Of a stretch of 64,000 bases of DNA, positions 37,665 to 49,879 are shown piece after piece (within the stretch, counting starts at the first letter, position 1; each line of letters begins with the position of its first letter). The translations under genes were made by a program, and so were the position numbers. The DNA is from Rhina ancylostomus (Eukaryota). Location of the stretch: the NCBI GenBank assembly GCA_030265395.1, contig JARFYF010000084.1, forward strand, positions 87,648,337 to 87,712,336, read 5' to 3'. The notes under the pieces were generated by a model. It was not told where the DNA came from, ran no database searches, and saw nothing but the letters and a program-made list of their open reading frames with translations.

Positions 37665-37903
37665 TATGAGCATCATGCCCAATTATGAAAGTAATCTCCC
37701 TGCTGAATCATTTTAAATATTGATTTAATTTGGTTGCAAAGACTGTCTTCAATTAGCTTGCAGCTTGTATAGGCAATTAATTAGCCTATAACTACAAGGG
37801 CATGTAATCCTTTGATACACTCTCCCTGGTCACTGCACCAATCTTCAGAACTTGAAATTTGAACCCATTCTCATTCGAATCTTCCCAGAAGGAGGAAAGC
37901 AAA
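37665..37903. repeat. left arm of a long inverted repeat (pairs with 38675-38912)
   Basis: Manual alignment with the reverse complement of 38675-38912 gives 7 substitutions and 1 indel over 239 bp. Confidence 0.96.
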
Positions 37904-38379
37904 TGATGGGAAACTTTTTTTCAGTTTTCTGTTCGGGTTGGCAGGTATCAATCGCGTGGAATGCAAACACTGAAGAAACTCCCAGATTTTATTGCTCATT
38001 GAAATCTATTGTCTATAAAGAAGAACAAGGATCCAGAAGTATGGGTTTTGACTCTTGAGTGTGGAGAGGTATGATAGGAACACTTTTTTTCATTTGAAAT
38101 AAAATGGCACGTAATAGCAGTGAATGTAGGATCGGATCTTTGAGGCATCTGTGGAATATGCTGTTGTCTAATAAGGCATTCTGAAGAGCTTTCCACAAAC
38201 AAGATACAACTATTTTCAATACATGTTTGACTCTGACCAACTCCATCCTCCATCTGCAGCCACCCACAGCCTAAGTCCACAGTTCCTTCCTTTCTGCATT
38301 TGCCCTACTATCTGCCATGATATTTTTAACATTGAGAGGATTAATGCTGTAAGTTTACTCCCTTGTCCTAGTTTAGTCT

Positions 38380-39015
38380 TGCCCCAATGGTAGAACTCTT
38401 GCCTCTCAGTTACAAGACTATGGATTCAAGTTCTCTTTGGGAGTCTTGAGAACATAATGCAGGCTAATCATATTCATCTAACTCTACTCTTAGTGAGCCA
38501 CATGTAGGATGATCTGTTAAGTTGAAGCATCTTTTTCCCTCTGGAAGAATGCAAGAAATCCTTGTACACTATTTGAAGTGAAGGGAAATTGTCCAGTGTC
38601 CTGACCAACATTCATCCTTCAACCAAAACTGCTTTGGCAGGGGGTGGGGGGGATGGGAGAGGACAGATAGAAACTTTGCTTTCCTCCTTCTGGGAAGATT
38701 CAAATGAGAATGGGTTTAAATTTCAAGTTCTGAAGATTGCTGGAGTGACCAGGGAGAGTGTATCAAAGGATTACATGCCTTGTAGTTATAGGTTAATTAA
38801 TTGCCTATACAAGCTGCAAGCTAATTGAAGACAGTCTTTGCAACCAAACTAAATCAATATTTGAAATGATTCAGCAGGGAGATTACTTTCATAATTGGGC
38901 ATGATGCTCATAGCAATTTGCAAATAGCAATTTGCAACTGCTCTTCCAAGAAGCGTGTCTGGTTCTTAAATGTCTTCATTGGCTGCAAGGGATTTTAGAG
39001 CATTATGAAATTCTG
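38380..39015 (+). mobile_element. DeuSINE (SacSINE1-like) interrupted by the right inverted-repeat arm
   Basis: Head TGGTAGAACTCTTGCCTCTCAGT..GGATTCAAG and Deu core CACTATTTGAAG..GTGTCCTGACCAACATTCATCCTTCAACCAA lie before the arm. The tail-like CTTCATTGGCTGCAAGGGATTTTAGAGCAT resumes after it. Confidence 0.62.
38675..38912. repeat. right arm of a long inverted repeat (pairs with 37665-37903)
   Basis: 238-bp reverse-complement copy of the left arm, separated by a 771-bp spacer. Confidence 0.96.
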
Positions 39016-39599
39016 AGTTTTTCTTGCAACTTTTGATTGTCCTCAGAAAAGGCCTTTCATTTGCCAGTCTCAATAATACCAATTTGGTATGGGCTCTTTC
39101 TTTGCTTCCCAAGCTCAAATCCCATGTGCATACACGACTGACAACCAACTGAGCAATTTATCACTAGCTCCAGGGTTGTATCATTGGCTCTCCAGCTTAG
39201 CTTATTTTTGATTGGCTCAATCACAGTCATCCTGGGGAGGAGTGAATGAGCCAAATGTCTTCGCTACCAATCTCTGCCAGTAGGTTGCCCTGAGTTAAAG
39301 CCCTGACATTTTCCCCTGACTTCTTCCTCTAGCAGTAGACTTTGTATGTTGTTCTTGTTGCCTTCGAAATCCACTACTGCTGTCCTTTCTAAGCCTTAAC
39401 CTATCTATTTGTCTCCAACTTTCCTTTTTTTGTGTGTATTACCAACCTACGCTACCTTTACTCCATTTTCTGCCGCTGACATGCTCCTGAAACAGCTATA
39501 ACCAAAATCACAAATGGTGCCCTTTGTGTTTCAGCTTTGCAGACATCCCTCCAAGTTCCTTTGAAGCGTTTGCTGCATTTAACCACAGTGCCCTTTAGT

Positions 39600-39975
39600 C
39601 TCTGGCACACCTAGTTGAGCCACTGCCTCACAGTGCCATAGACCCAGGTTCAATCCTAACCTTTGGTGCTCTCTGCAAAGAGTTTGCACGTTCTCCCTGT
39701 GACCACCTAGGCTTTCTCTAGGCACGGGCTAGAAGGTTAACTGACACTGTAAATTGCCCCTNNNNNNNNNNNNNNNNNNNNNNNNNNNNNNNNNNNNNNN
39801 NNNGACACTGTAAATTGCCCCTAGTGTATAGGTGAGTGGTAGAATCTGGGGGAAAGTTAGTAGGAATGTGGGGAGTATATACTGTAGAAAAAAATGAGGT
39901 TAGTATAGGATCAGTGAAAATGGATGATTGATGGTTGGCATGGCCTTGGTGGGCTGAAGGGCCTGTTCTCATGGT
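39600..39975 (+). mobile_element. HE1-like V-SINE, near full length
   Basis: tRNA head with B-box GGTTCAATCC (39647-39656), V-domain GAGTTTGCACGTTCTCCCTGTGACC and CR1/HER1-derived tail GGTGGGCTGAAGGGCCTGTT. Contains an internal deletion and a gap. Confidence 0.85.
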
Positions 39976-40204
39976 GATCAACTCTGATTCCAGCATCACT
40001 CATTGCCCAGAGCAGTAGAACTCTCATTTGATTTTACTCTTCTATAGCTTAACATAACCAGAGAATGTTCACTGTTTCCTTTCTCCACCTTCTCCTCTCC
40101 CCCCTCCCCCCAAAAACATAATTTGACCTCTGAGATTGCCTGTGTGAATCCTTGGCTTCATCTTCCTTTCTCTTGAAGACATTAAAGAATGTGGTCAAAT
40201 TCTG

Positions 40205-40366
40205 TGTGCATTGGATATGTACTTGGATATGGTCAGATTCCATATATGGAGGGGTTTGAGGGATATGGGCCAAATGCAGCCAAATGGGACTAGTTTGGTG
40301 GGCACCATGGTCAGTATGGGCATGATGGGCCAAAGGGCCTGTTTCCATGCTGTATTACTATGACTC
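40205..40366 (+). mobile_element. CR1 LINE 3' UTR
   Basis: GAGGGATATGGGCCAAATGCAG..GATGGGCCAAAGGGCCTGTTTCCATGCTGTA..CTATGACTC. Confidence 0.72.
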
Positions 40367-43300
40367 CAAATATGCTGATGGCAGATAATTCTGTGCACCT
40401 CCTCTTGGCTAAGCCAATTTCTGCAGTGACTAAGCTATTGGACGTCTCATGAGGACATCCAAGTGGAGTAGCAGAGTGTGGACCCCTTCAGAAAATGAAG
40501 GAAAAATATTCAGCATTAAAATTTTCCTTTTGTTCTCTGCCATGGTCATGACATCTGGAAGTGTCTGAACCACGTTCCTGATTTAGGAACCTGGACGTTT
40601 GTATAAGATGTGTCCTAGTTCCTGTATTTTAATTATTTACTCATTTGGTACTATTCTTTTACTATAACATATCAGTGTTTTCACAGAGATGAGCAATTGA
40701 TGTCAACACTGCTGTCTTAGTAAACATTGGGAGCATTGTGTCCATCGCAAGCCTCACACCCAATGAACTGTAGTGATTGGACTGCTGACCTTTTACCTGA
40801 CTTTGAGTTTATTGTTGGATAGTTGAATGACTTGGAGCTCATTGAAGTACAGATTGACTCTTGTGCTGTCCAGGTTATAAACTTAATGATGCAAGGTGGT
40901 CTCATTGAAAAAGGAACTTGTGAAAAGCATTGTTCCATTGTCACCATTCTCATTTTGAAGCATCCTCAATGATTTCAGAGGGCACTTTTATGTTAGAGTG
41001 ACTGTTCTTTTTACAGGCAACAATGAACACCCTCTGGTGACAGAGCCTTGTCTGTCACTGGTCCCATTTATTATTGGACTATACACATATGTGATAAATT
41101 GATTTGGGCAGGAAAGTGTTGAAATGTGGAAGATAAGTCTCTGTTTGCCATTGTGCTTTTCTGGCATATGTGGTCAAATTTCCTGCCAGTGTCATAGTTA
41201 ATCTGTGAGGTCAGATCTCAATTCTCCTTAAACGTCATGCATATATCCTGTGATGCTGTTGTTTTGTTATAGCTGAAATTTCTCCTGCATGTTTCAATCT
41301 GTGCTGTCCAGAAGTGCAGCAACACCAGTGCTTCCAGAAAGTGATTCGGCTGGCATTCAAACGAAATGCAGTTCAACAAATCTCTTGTATCATTTTGTCT
41401 CTGTCTCACTGCTTCACGTGGAATTTCCCCATCTTGACGGCACAATATATAGCTTCTGTTCCTGCTTTGCAATTTACAGATGTTCTCACCTGTCTTGTCA
41501 GATCAACTTCCAGCTCTTTCCCCCATCCCACCAAATTCCGGTGTCTTACCCCCCTCCCCCTCCTGCAATCTTCCTTTCTGTCACATCAATCTCTCCCTCC
41601 CACATCCTGTCTTCTGGTATCTTGACCTTCCTTCGGGGTTGAGATCAGGAATTCTCCAGGACACATACTCTACTGTGCAATAGCACAGACAAAAGAAGAA
41701 CATTATAAATGCTGATTATTTAGAACACTGCAAAACATCCTGCATTACAACCAGAGAATTTCTGCACCACGTTAATATCAAAACTAACATCTGAAGTATT
41801 AACACCATGTTTTCCAGATGCTGAGAAATCGACTGAGCATTTTGAGCATTGTTTTTTTTCCCCTATGGTAATTAGATCCCCGCAGCTGTGCCAGCCTTGA
41901 ATAACNNNNNNNNNNNNNNNNNNNNNNNNNNNNNNNNNNNNNNNNNNNNNNNNNNNNNNNNNNNNNNNNNNNNNNNNNNNNNNNNNNNNNNNNNNNNNNN
42001 NNNNNACAACCAGTTGACAGCAGTTCTAGATTTGTCAGCATTGTGCGTCAATGATGATTGGCCTGGAATATTACAGAGATAGTTGGTGCCTCGGTGACCT
42101 TTGCATTAAACTGGCATTGCAGAGACACGTGATTAGATTTAACAGCATAAGCAGGAATGACCTTGCAGTCAGGGAGGCTCAGACACTGAACTAAAGCTGT
42201 CCTCTGGTCTGGATGCACTTAAAGGCAAAAGCTGGTCTCCACATTTTAATGCCAGTATTCCCTTATCTGGCTGCAGAAGTGTTGCTGGTTCCAATTCAAA
42301 ACATATTCACTGTAATCACTAGCAGGATTTCAACAAGTTCTGGGGATTTTGAACTTCCTGCAGTTATTCTGGCACACAATCCAGGCTTTAGCCACATTCT
42401 GGTCTGTGAGAATCTTATTCCAGATTTAATCAGCAGGCGTCAAGATTACAGGGAATATAATTGAAAATTGGGAGCAAAGTTAATTTGACCAGCTTTCATT
42501 CTGGTTCTTTTCTTTAAATCCTAGAATACCACCCTGCTGCTGGTTCCGATGTAAGATGTCTTATCACTTCATGGTGTACTCTGAAACAATTATATATAGA
42601 AATTGGACTAAACCTTAACTCATAATTCTGAAATGTTTTGTTATCTCTTTGTCATAAGTAATTGATAAAAGCCATGAAACCTTGCACACTGATACTGGTC
42701 CTTCCTATACTACTAATGCATCGAGACATGCTGAATCTGTTCTTATGTGGAAACTTGTTTTTCTTCTTGCTGTTACCATCAGACTCATTTAAATAAAATC
42801 CCCTTTAATAGTATGGAGGGTAATTTATTTGGCAATGATTAGCTCCAGTGATATTTCTGTATTGACCAGTTTTTTTTAGATATATCTCTTTCCCTTGTTC
42901 CTCTTGCCTTTATCTCCTTGGCAAAATGCCAACACTGGCTGGACATCAGTCTTAAGCTTATTGCCATGTGACCTCCCAATTTAAGCTGCCAGACAAATGG
43001 CTCCTATTTTCCAGCTCCTTTTTATTTGCAGGTAATATACAAAAGCGTCAAAAGAAAATGTGATAATAAACTTGCTACTTGCTATTTTAAAATGCCCTGT
43101 TGCCAGAAACCCCAGAACTCCTGGAAAATGGAGAGTCAGAAGCCCTAAAATTGTCCCAGAGTTTTCCTTGGAGGTGTTGACTTGGAGGTGCCTTGCCTGC
43201 ATTTCATCTAAGTCACCATTTGGCACGTAACTTCAGGCAGTGGTCATGAGATTATTCAAACCACTCTGTTCTTGCACATCTTTCAAGCATCATTTTCCAA

Positions 43301-45404
43301 TGGCAGTTTAGCATGACACACATTGGAACCTGGGCTTGAGATCAAGTTATGAACATCCATTGGAAATTGATCCCTGACCTTCCTCACTTTTTGCTGAAGC
43401 GGTCGAAAGATAAATGTGCTGACTGGTGTTTCTCATCCCTCAAGAAAGAACTCTGGATGTTTCTTTTTGAGTTCACATTTGAGGTTTGTTCCATTGCTCA
43501 TCCAAGTTGGAAAGCAAGCCTGTCCCAACTTGTCACAGCCGGGCAGACAGTCCGAGGGCGGATAATATAGAGAGAGCGCACAGCTGTTGTCTGCTACAGG
43601 GATTGAACCGGGAAAATAGCAGAAAGGGGTAGTCTTAACATGTAACATTTCTTAGAATAACTTATTAAGTTATTTTGGTAGACTTTGTATTACTGATCAT
43701 GTTATAGCATCAGGGTTTTTGGTAGTAATCACAGCAAAGGCTGGCAAAACGTCACTATAGTGTGACATTGATACCAACTTTTGGAGTATGCTGACTGCAT
43801 TTTTATTAACAACCTTGAACCTACTATCGGTGATTCTCTGCTCCTTTACTGGGTGTGCTGCTTGGCAGCCTTCTCCAAAATAATCTTCATAAATCAGTGA
43901 TCTGTCAAATACCTGAGGTATTTACAAATTATTCTCACTGAATTCACCTGAAAATGTTTTGCATTGTTGTTCAAAATAAATGTTAATTTTAGTGACATAA
44001 ATCAGCAATCACTCTTTAGCAGCATCTCTGGCCCTAAAAAAAAGTTATTTTCCATCTGAGGATTTGAAACTCTCTTGACTATTTCAAAGTAGAACAGAGT
44101 TTAATTTTTTTTAAGTTTTAACATAAGGCGTAGTCCAATTTTTTTTGTTCTCTGTAAAGTTTTGTTGATGTGACTGGTGTGAGAGACAACATGGGACATA
44201 AAGAGTCTAGCATAAATTGGTTTTATCTTTACTCTTCAACTTTCACTGTTGCTCTTTGCAAAATTGCCTGGTTTAGTGGTTTGAAATTGTCGCTGCTCTG
44301 GAAGTCATTCAGTTTGCATCGGCCCACACCAGCAGAAAGCTATGGATCCCCAGTCTTGCACATGTGCAGTTCCTCCCAAAATAATTTAAGCTTTTGGCTC
44401 CAGATCTTCCTTAAACCTTTACTTGACTGGAACAGATGATCAGAGCTTGCTCTGGCTTTGCCATGAGAATCTGTCTGTGTTGATACATAGCCAGTGGAAG
44501 TGGATCTCCGTCAGGCTCTCTTAAAAGTAGCACTGTCACACAAAAGCATGATGTGGGAAGGGCGATTCCCCTCAGAATGTGCAAGTATCTTGGAAATGCT
44601 TCCAGACAAAAATGGGAAATGATTTTTTTTACACAAAGAACAGACTCTTCCATTAGATCTAGACCATCTGAAGTCCTCCTGCTGAGGTGGTGAATAATTT
44701 TCACCCATTCACAATTATTGCCTTGGGCAAAACAGCCTTGGCATGGCTTGTCAAATGTTCCTGATGCAACTTGTCAAATAGTTCTGGTTTTCTCTTTACT
44801 GCATTTGGAATGCTGTTTCTGAACAGGGCAAGCCTTTCTTTAAAAGCAGGAGTCTGTAGAGCCCCTGTTGTAGGGAAGGATTAAACATCAATCAGATGTG
44901 CTGTGCTCTTCAAGTATTTGCCTTTTTGTTTTGAAATATGAAAGTATTCAACATACTACCTGAATGTTGGAATTGAATTACAGTCTTCAAATCAATTCTA
45001 TGTATGCTGTTTTCTTAAACTATTTCATTAATTCATGAAAGAGTTAAAACAAGTGCATTTGCACAAAATTGCTGGAGTGGACCAGATTTTGCTTGCTAAT
45101 GCCAAAATAGCTTAAGCTGTCAGTCTTCTGAGATTACTTGGCATTATGCTGGGAATCACCTCTTGGAACCTGCTCTGATTTAGAACTGGCACTGGAACTG
45201 AGACCCCATTGAGTTCAAGGGAACTTCTCAGGCTTCAGGTTAGGAGGCAAAGGACCAGGCAAATTACTATAAATACAAACTATATTGAAACAATTATTAA
45301 AGTGTTAATTTAATTTTAATTCAACTTTATGTTAAAGTTCCCCAATTCTTTTATACCTAGCAAAGCTGTGGTGGGGCTTTGCCAGCTCTTTTCTTATATT
45401 TCCT

Positions 45405-45722
45405 GCCACACAGGAGGCAATTTGCCCCATCAAGTCCATACTAACTTTCTGAGCAAACTCGTCAATCCCATGTTTCCACCTTGTCTCTGAGCAACTTATT
45501 CTGTCTCAAATATGTCCCATCAACTCTTCCCCCGATTCTTTTGCCACCCTATGAGGGACAATTTACTGTAGCCATTTAACCTACCAGCATAACCTTTGGA
45601 TGTGGGAGGAAACCAGAGCATCTGGAGGAATCCTGCATAATCACAGAAGAAAGTGCAAACAGCACACAGTCAGCACCCTGGTTGCTGGAGCTGTGCAGCA
45701 GCAGCACCAGCTTCTTTGTCAT
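45405..45722 (-). mobile_element. HE1-like V-SINE
   Basis: CTTTGGATGTGGGAGGAAACCAGAGCATCTGGAGGAA..GTGCAAACAGCACACAG..GCTGGAGCTGTGCAGCAGCAGC, with the antisense CR1-like tail at ~45410-45440. Confidence 0.7.
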
Positions 45723-46026
45723 TGTTCTGTCCTGGATGTGTTCAAGGATGTTTCAAGCTAGGGTCTCATCACTGCTCCTCTAGAGGCTTTGTCATCATTG
45801 CGTTCGTGCTGCTGGTGGCCTGGATGCTTTAAGCCAGCAAACTTGCAATCAGAAAATATGAGCCAGCATTTTAGGCTAATTCTTTATACCTTGCANNNNN
45901 NNNNNNNNNNNNNNNNNNNNNNNNNNNNNNNNATGAAGCTTTGAGGTCCTCTGTATAGAAGTCCTGCAGATTTTTAATTGCACGTTTGTATGGTGATTCC
46001 ACCATAATTGTTAGAAGTATAAATGA

Positions 46027-46192
46027 AAACACTCAGTGGATCAGGCAGCGTCCACAGAAACCGTTAATTTCTCAGGGCAACAATCTTCATAACGATTCTC
46101 TGTTTCTTTCTCCACAGACGCTGTCTGAGCTGCCGAATATTTCTAGCATTTTGTTTAATTTCAGATTTCCACCACCTTCGTATTTTGCTTTT
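46027..46192. mobile_element. two Penelope-like termini in inverted (fold-back) arrangement
   Basis: 46027-46052 (AAACACTCAGTGGATCAGGCAGCGTC) is an imperfect reverse complement of 46117-46142 (GACGCTGTCTGAGCTGCCGAATATTT). Both match the PLE terminus. Confidence 0.6.
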
Positions 46193-49179
46193 GAGATATG
46201 GTATTGGTTACATTGTCTTGCAATACATTCTAACACAAGTGTTCTGTCATTATGATCATTCATGACATCTGTGATTTTCTAGCTAATAGATGGTGAAGTG
46301 AATGTTAAATTTTGCAGTGCCTTAAGTCTTCAGGAGATCATCATAACCCACAACTAGTGCACTACTTTGCAAATGAAGGCATGATTATTACAGCAGTAAA
46401 TGCAGCAGGTTATTTACAACATGAAGAATAAATACATTATGAGTGGGTGGTGCTGATGGAGGAAAAGCAAAGGGAAAAAACTGACCAGGTCATTGGGAGA
46501 ATGTTGTTCCACTTGGAAATGGGTCTTCACATCTCTTTTACTAATTAAAATGGCAGATAAGTCCCAGTGAAATGCTGAATTCTCATGGTGACCAATGTTC
46601 TATGCTGCAGCATCTGAACTGGGGCTTCCTCAGGGAACATTCAGATGCATGGGTGCAGTTGCTCCCAGCTAAGCAAAACTGACGTGCAAACACGTTTTCC
46701 CCTATGAAAAGGTAGACCATGAATTGGCTATTCACTCATAAGCTGTTCTCACATACCTCTTGGTGGAAATAGCTCTACAACTATTCTGGTTGGAAAATGG
46801 AGAAGCTTGATTTTTTTGTTGAAAAAATAAGCAATTACAAATAAGAAGCGAAAGGCTTGTGTGTTTTCAGTTTTTAAACCTTATGGATGTAATCTTGTTT
46901 TCTCAGCACAGCCCAAGCTCAATCATTAATGACATAACATTAAGGGACTGGCAGCCTCAGGGAAGAGTGATTCTTATGGTTCAACCACTGTTTTCACATG
47001 CACGCTCCTGTTGCCCTTGGATATCTGTCGAAGCCTGAAAACTCGGTATCAAATACTGCACCACCAGTAAACATTAAGCCACATTTTCGGAGACAGTAAC
47101 CTTGAAAGAGTCAGCTTTGAATCAGAATTGGAAGGTGTAGAGCTGTGGCCAGACAGCCTCAAATTTTTGTTTCTGAAGCTGCATGTACTGATTGCAAAAT
47201 GTATGCCTGCCTTAGACTTGTTAGAGAGCAAGCTGATACAAAGACCATCCCCGTTAAAGAGCAGATGAAAATAATTTTAAAAAGAAACACTTGCATTAGA
47301 AAAGTTGAAGTTTGTAAGAACACAATTTATAGTGGAAGCAATTGAAATAAAACTCCATTCAACTTCTCTCTTTATTAAGTGTTCCAAATTATGTATCTGC
47401 AGGCTGATTCAGAAGAAACACCTGGGAAAGTGAGGGAATCTTGTTGAAGTCTATTCAAATGCCGCAATAGTGGGGTAGAGTTCCTTTGGCTGTCCTGAAG
47501 TATCAATCATGTGGCTTTTGTGTATAAAAGTAAGGAACAAATAATCGTCAGTTGTATGATGAAAAGGAAATGGAGGAAATGTTGGTGGCTTTAATAGCTT
47601 AACATTTAGAGGAAAATACAGTCTTTTCAGCATTAAATCTGTCTTTGTAATGATGTATTGATGCACAATTTTAATTCTGCTTTTATGTGCGTAAATGCTG
47701 CCTGGCATGCTGAGTGTTCACTACACTTTGATCTTCAAGGTTGAAGCAAATCATTTGGGACAGAATAAAAGAAACTTTACTATTCTGTTTCTGTCCCATT
47801 GCCACACCTAGTTATTTATTGGCTGGATGAGGGGATGGGCAGCATTTATTGCTCTTGAATAGATAATAGTTTATCACCACCTTGATCTGCTTCAGGTTTT
47901 ATGGTAAAAGGATCTGACAGTGTTAGGTACAGTGTTCTAGGATTTTGATTTGGTAAAAAATCTCTCATTCAGGGGAGTTCACTACCAATCAATGGGGAGT
48001 CATGTGCCATAAATAGAACCGGTGTTTAATTTTCCAGCACCAAAGCTTAGGTAAAAAGGATGACCTAAGCTATTACATCTAGATGTGCATTCCTTAACAT
48101 ATAGGATATTTTTGGATTAATCCAAACTGATGGTTTAATGAGAGGAAATTGTGCAAATACTATAATATCCAGCTCCTTTGAAGCATTTGCAAGCTTGTGT
48201 TTGCATAAACTAAAGGAGCAATTGAATGGTTGCATTGGAAAGATTAGAAACTTGTCAGGTGAGACTGATGCTTGAATTTTTTGAGCACTTTGAACTCCTT
48301 GTTCTTACTGGGGATGTGATGCCTGAACATAGATTGGATTGACTTAAAGGCAAAAAACATGGAGACCGAGTTGTGTTGATGGTCATGTGAATGGATATAT
48401 GGCTTTGGAACTGTCCCAAAATCAAACCAACTGTTTCTTAAAACAAAATCAGTCAATTGCACAATTTGAAAAAGGAAGTTGTTACGTATGGAAAATCCTA
48501 GATGTAATCAGCATTTATTACATAATCGGTTAATTCTGGTTGTTACTGTAGAAATTTGGATTAAAAGCCAAATTAATATATTGTCTGTGCTCTTTTCCAT
48601 TGTCTGTGCTTACAAGGGAGTACTTGCAATTGTAAATATCTTTTGAAGGCCAAATTACATCCAGTTAATTGGCTAGCTGAATTAATAATGATGATTTAAA
48701 TGTCCTGCAAATACAGGTTCCTCAACATGCAAGATGCTTTTTTTTTAGTTTATACTCCTTCAGTCTACCAATGGAAGTCAAGTATATCTTGCACCTGTGT
48801 TGTACCCATCTGCTACTCCAGCTGGGCAAGGAGTGATGATGGGATTGATTCATTGTCCAGAATTCACTGGAGTGCTGAGCCAACCTGCATTTGCTCACTC
48901 CTTGCCAGTTCAATCTCCACTTGCCTGGAACAGATCTCCCAGCAGCAATCAAGCCAGCTACACTCTGGTCAGAGTGGACCAGTGAGGGCCTTCAAGTTTT
49001 AAATAACATCATGGTGTGAATCATCTGCCTGTAGGATCGCTTTGGCAACTGGGTTAAGCCATGCCCCCACACTGGTAGTGTCATAATGTGAAATATTTTC
49101 AATTTGCCATAAAAAGTACTAGAGTGTAGACCTCCATTCAAGAGCAATTAAATTCTGTTCTTATCTGGTATTTGCTCAA

Positions 49180-49450
49180 CATACCCATTCAGAACAGAGA
49201 TGTGGAGAAATTTCTTCAGCCAGAGAGCGGTGAATCTGTGGAATTTGTTGCCACGGGGGGCTGTGGAGGCAAAGTCATTGGATGTATTTAAGGCAGAGAT
49301 TGATAGGTATCTGAGTAGCCAGGGCATCAAAAGTTCTGGTGAAGGCAGGGGAGTGGGGCTAAATGGGAGAATGGATCAGCTCATGATAGAATGGCGGAGC
49401 AGACGCGATGGGCCGAATGGCCAACTTCTACTCCTTTGTCTTATGGTCTA
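49180..49450 (+). mobile_element. CR1 LINE 3' end, relatively young
   Basis: ORF MWRNFFSQRAVNLWNLLPRGAVEAKSLDVFKAEIDRYL plus a 3' UTR (GATGGGCCGAATGGCC..TCTTATGGTCT) that retains CpGs. Confidence 0.9.
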
Positions 49451-49619
49451 ACATCAATTATACTTGATTTACAAGAGATTTTTTAAAAAACCTCTAATTA
49501 TTTTCCCACTGGTCTGAATAACAAGACCAAATTGATTCAAATTACTGAAGCACCTGGTTAAGGATTGGCAAAATGAACTTGGACTGAAAACATTAGCTGA
49601 TGATAGCATCAGCAAAGCA

Positions 49620-49879
49620 CTTTTAATTCATTCATATGATATTAGGCTGTCATTTATTGTGCATGAACTGAATGGCTTGCTTAAGACTAGCTGAGTCTCA
49701 GCTGCATTGCTGTATATCTGGATTCACAAGTGAGGCAGGCAGGCTGAGGTCGGCAAATTTCCTTCTCAAAATGGCATTGATGAACCAACTTGGTGTTTAC
49801 AGCAATCTGGTGATTTTGTGGTCACTAGAAACTGATGTGCATTTTTAATTCCAGATTTATTTAATGACACTTAAATTCC
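49620..49879 (-). mobile_element. tRNA-derived SINE body (family of 18352-18620)
   Basis: GGCAAATTTCCTTCTCAAAATGGCATTGATGAACCA..ATTCCAGATTTATTTAAT is antisense to the 18470-18590 body. Runs into a gap. Confidence 0.5.

Noticed and set aside
37663-38914. Inverted arms as TIRs of a Tc1/mariner or MITE element with a TA TSD
   Set aside because: The outer TA is simply part of the inverted symmetry and there is no transposase remnant. The right arm interrupts a SINE that continues outside the putative element. Disfavoured pending a copy-number search.
39600-39665. tRNA gene
   Set aside because: The B-box belongs to a SINE head that runs directly into a V-domain, and no complete cloverleaf is visible. 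The same applies at 63805-63856.
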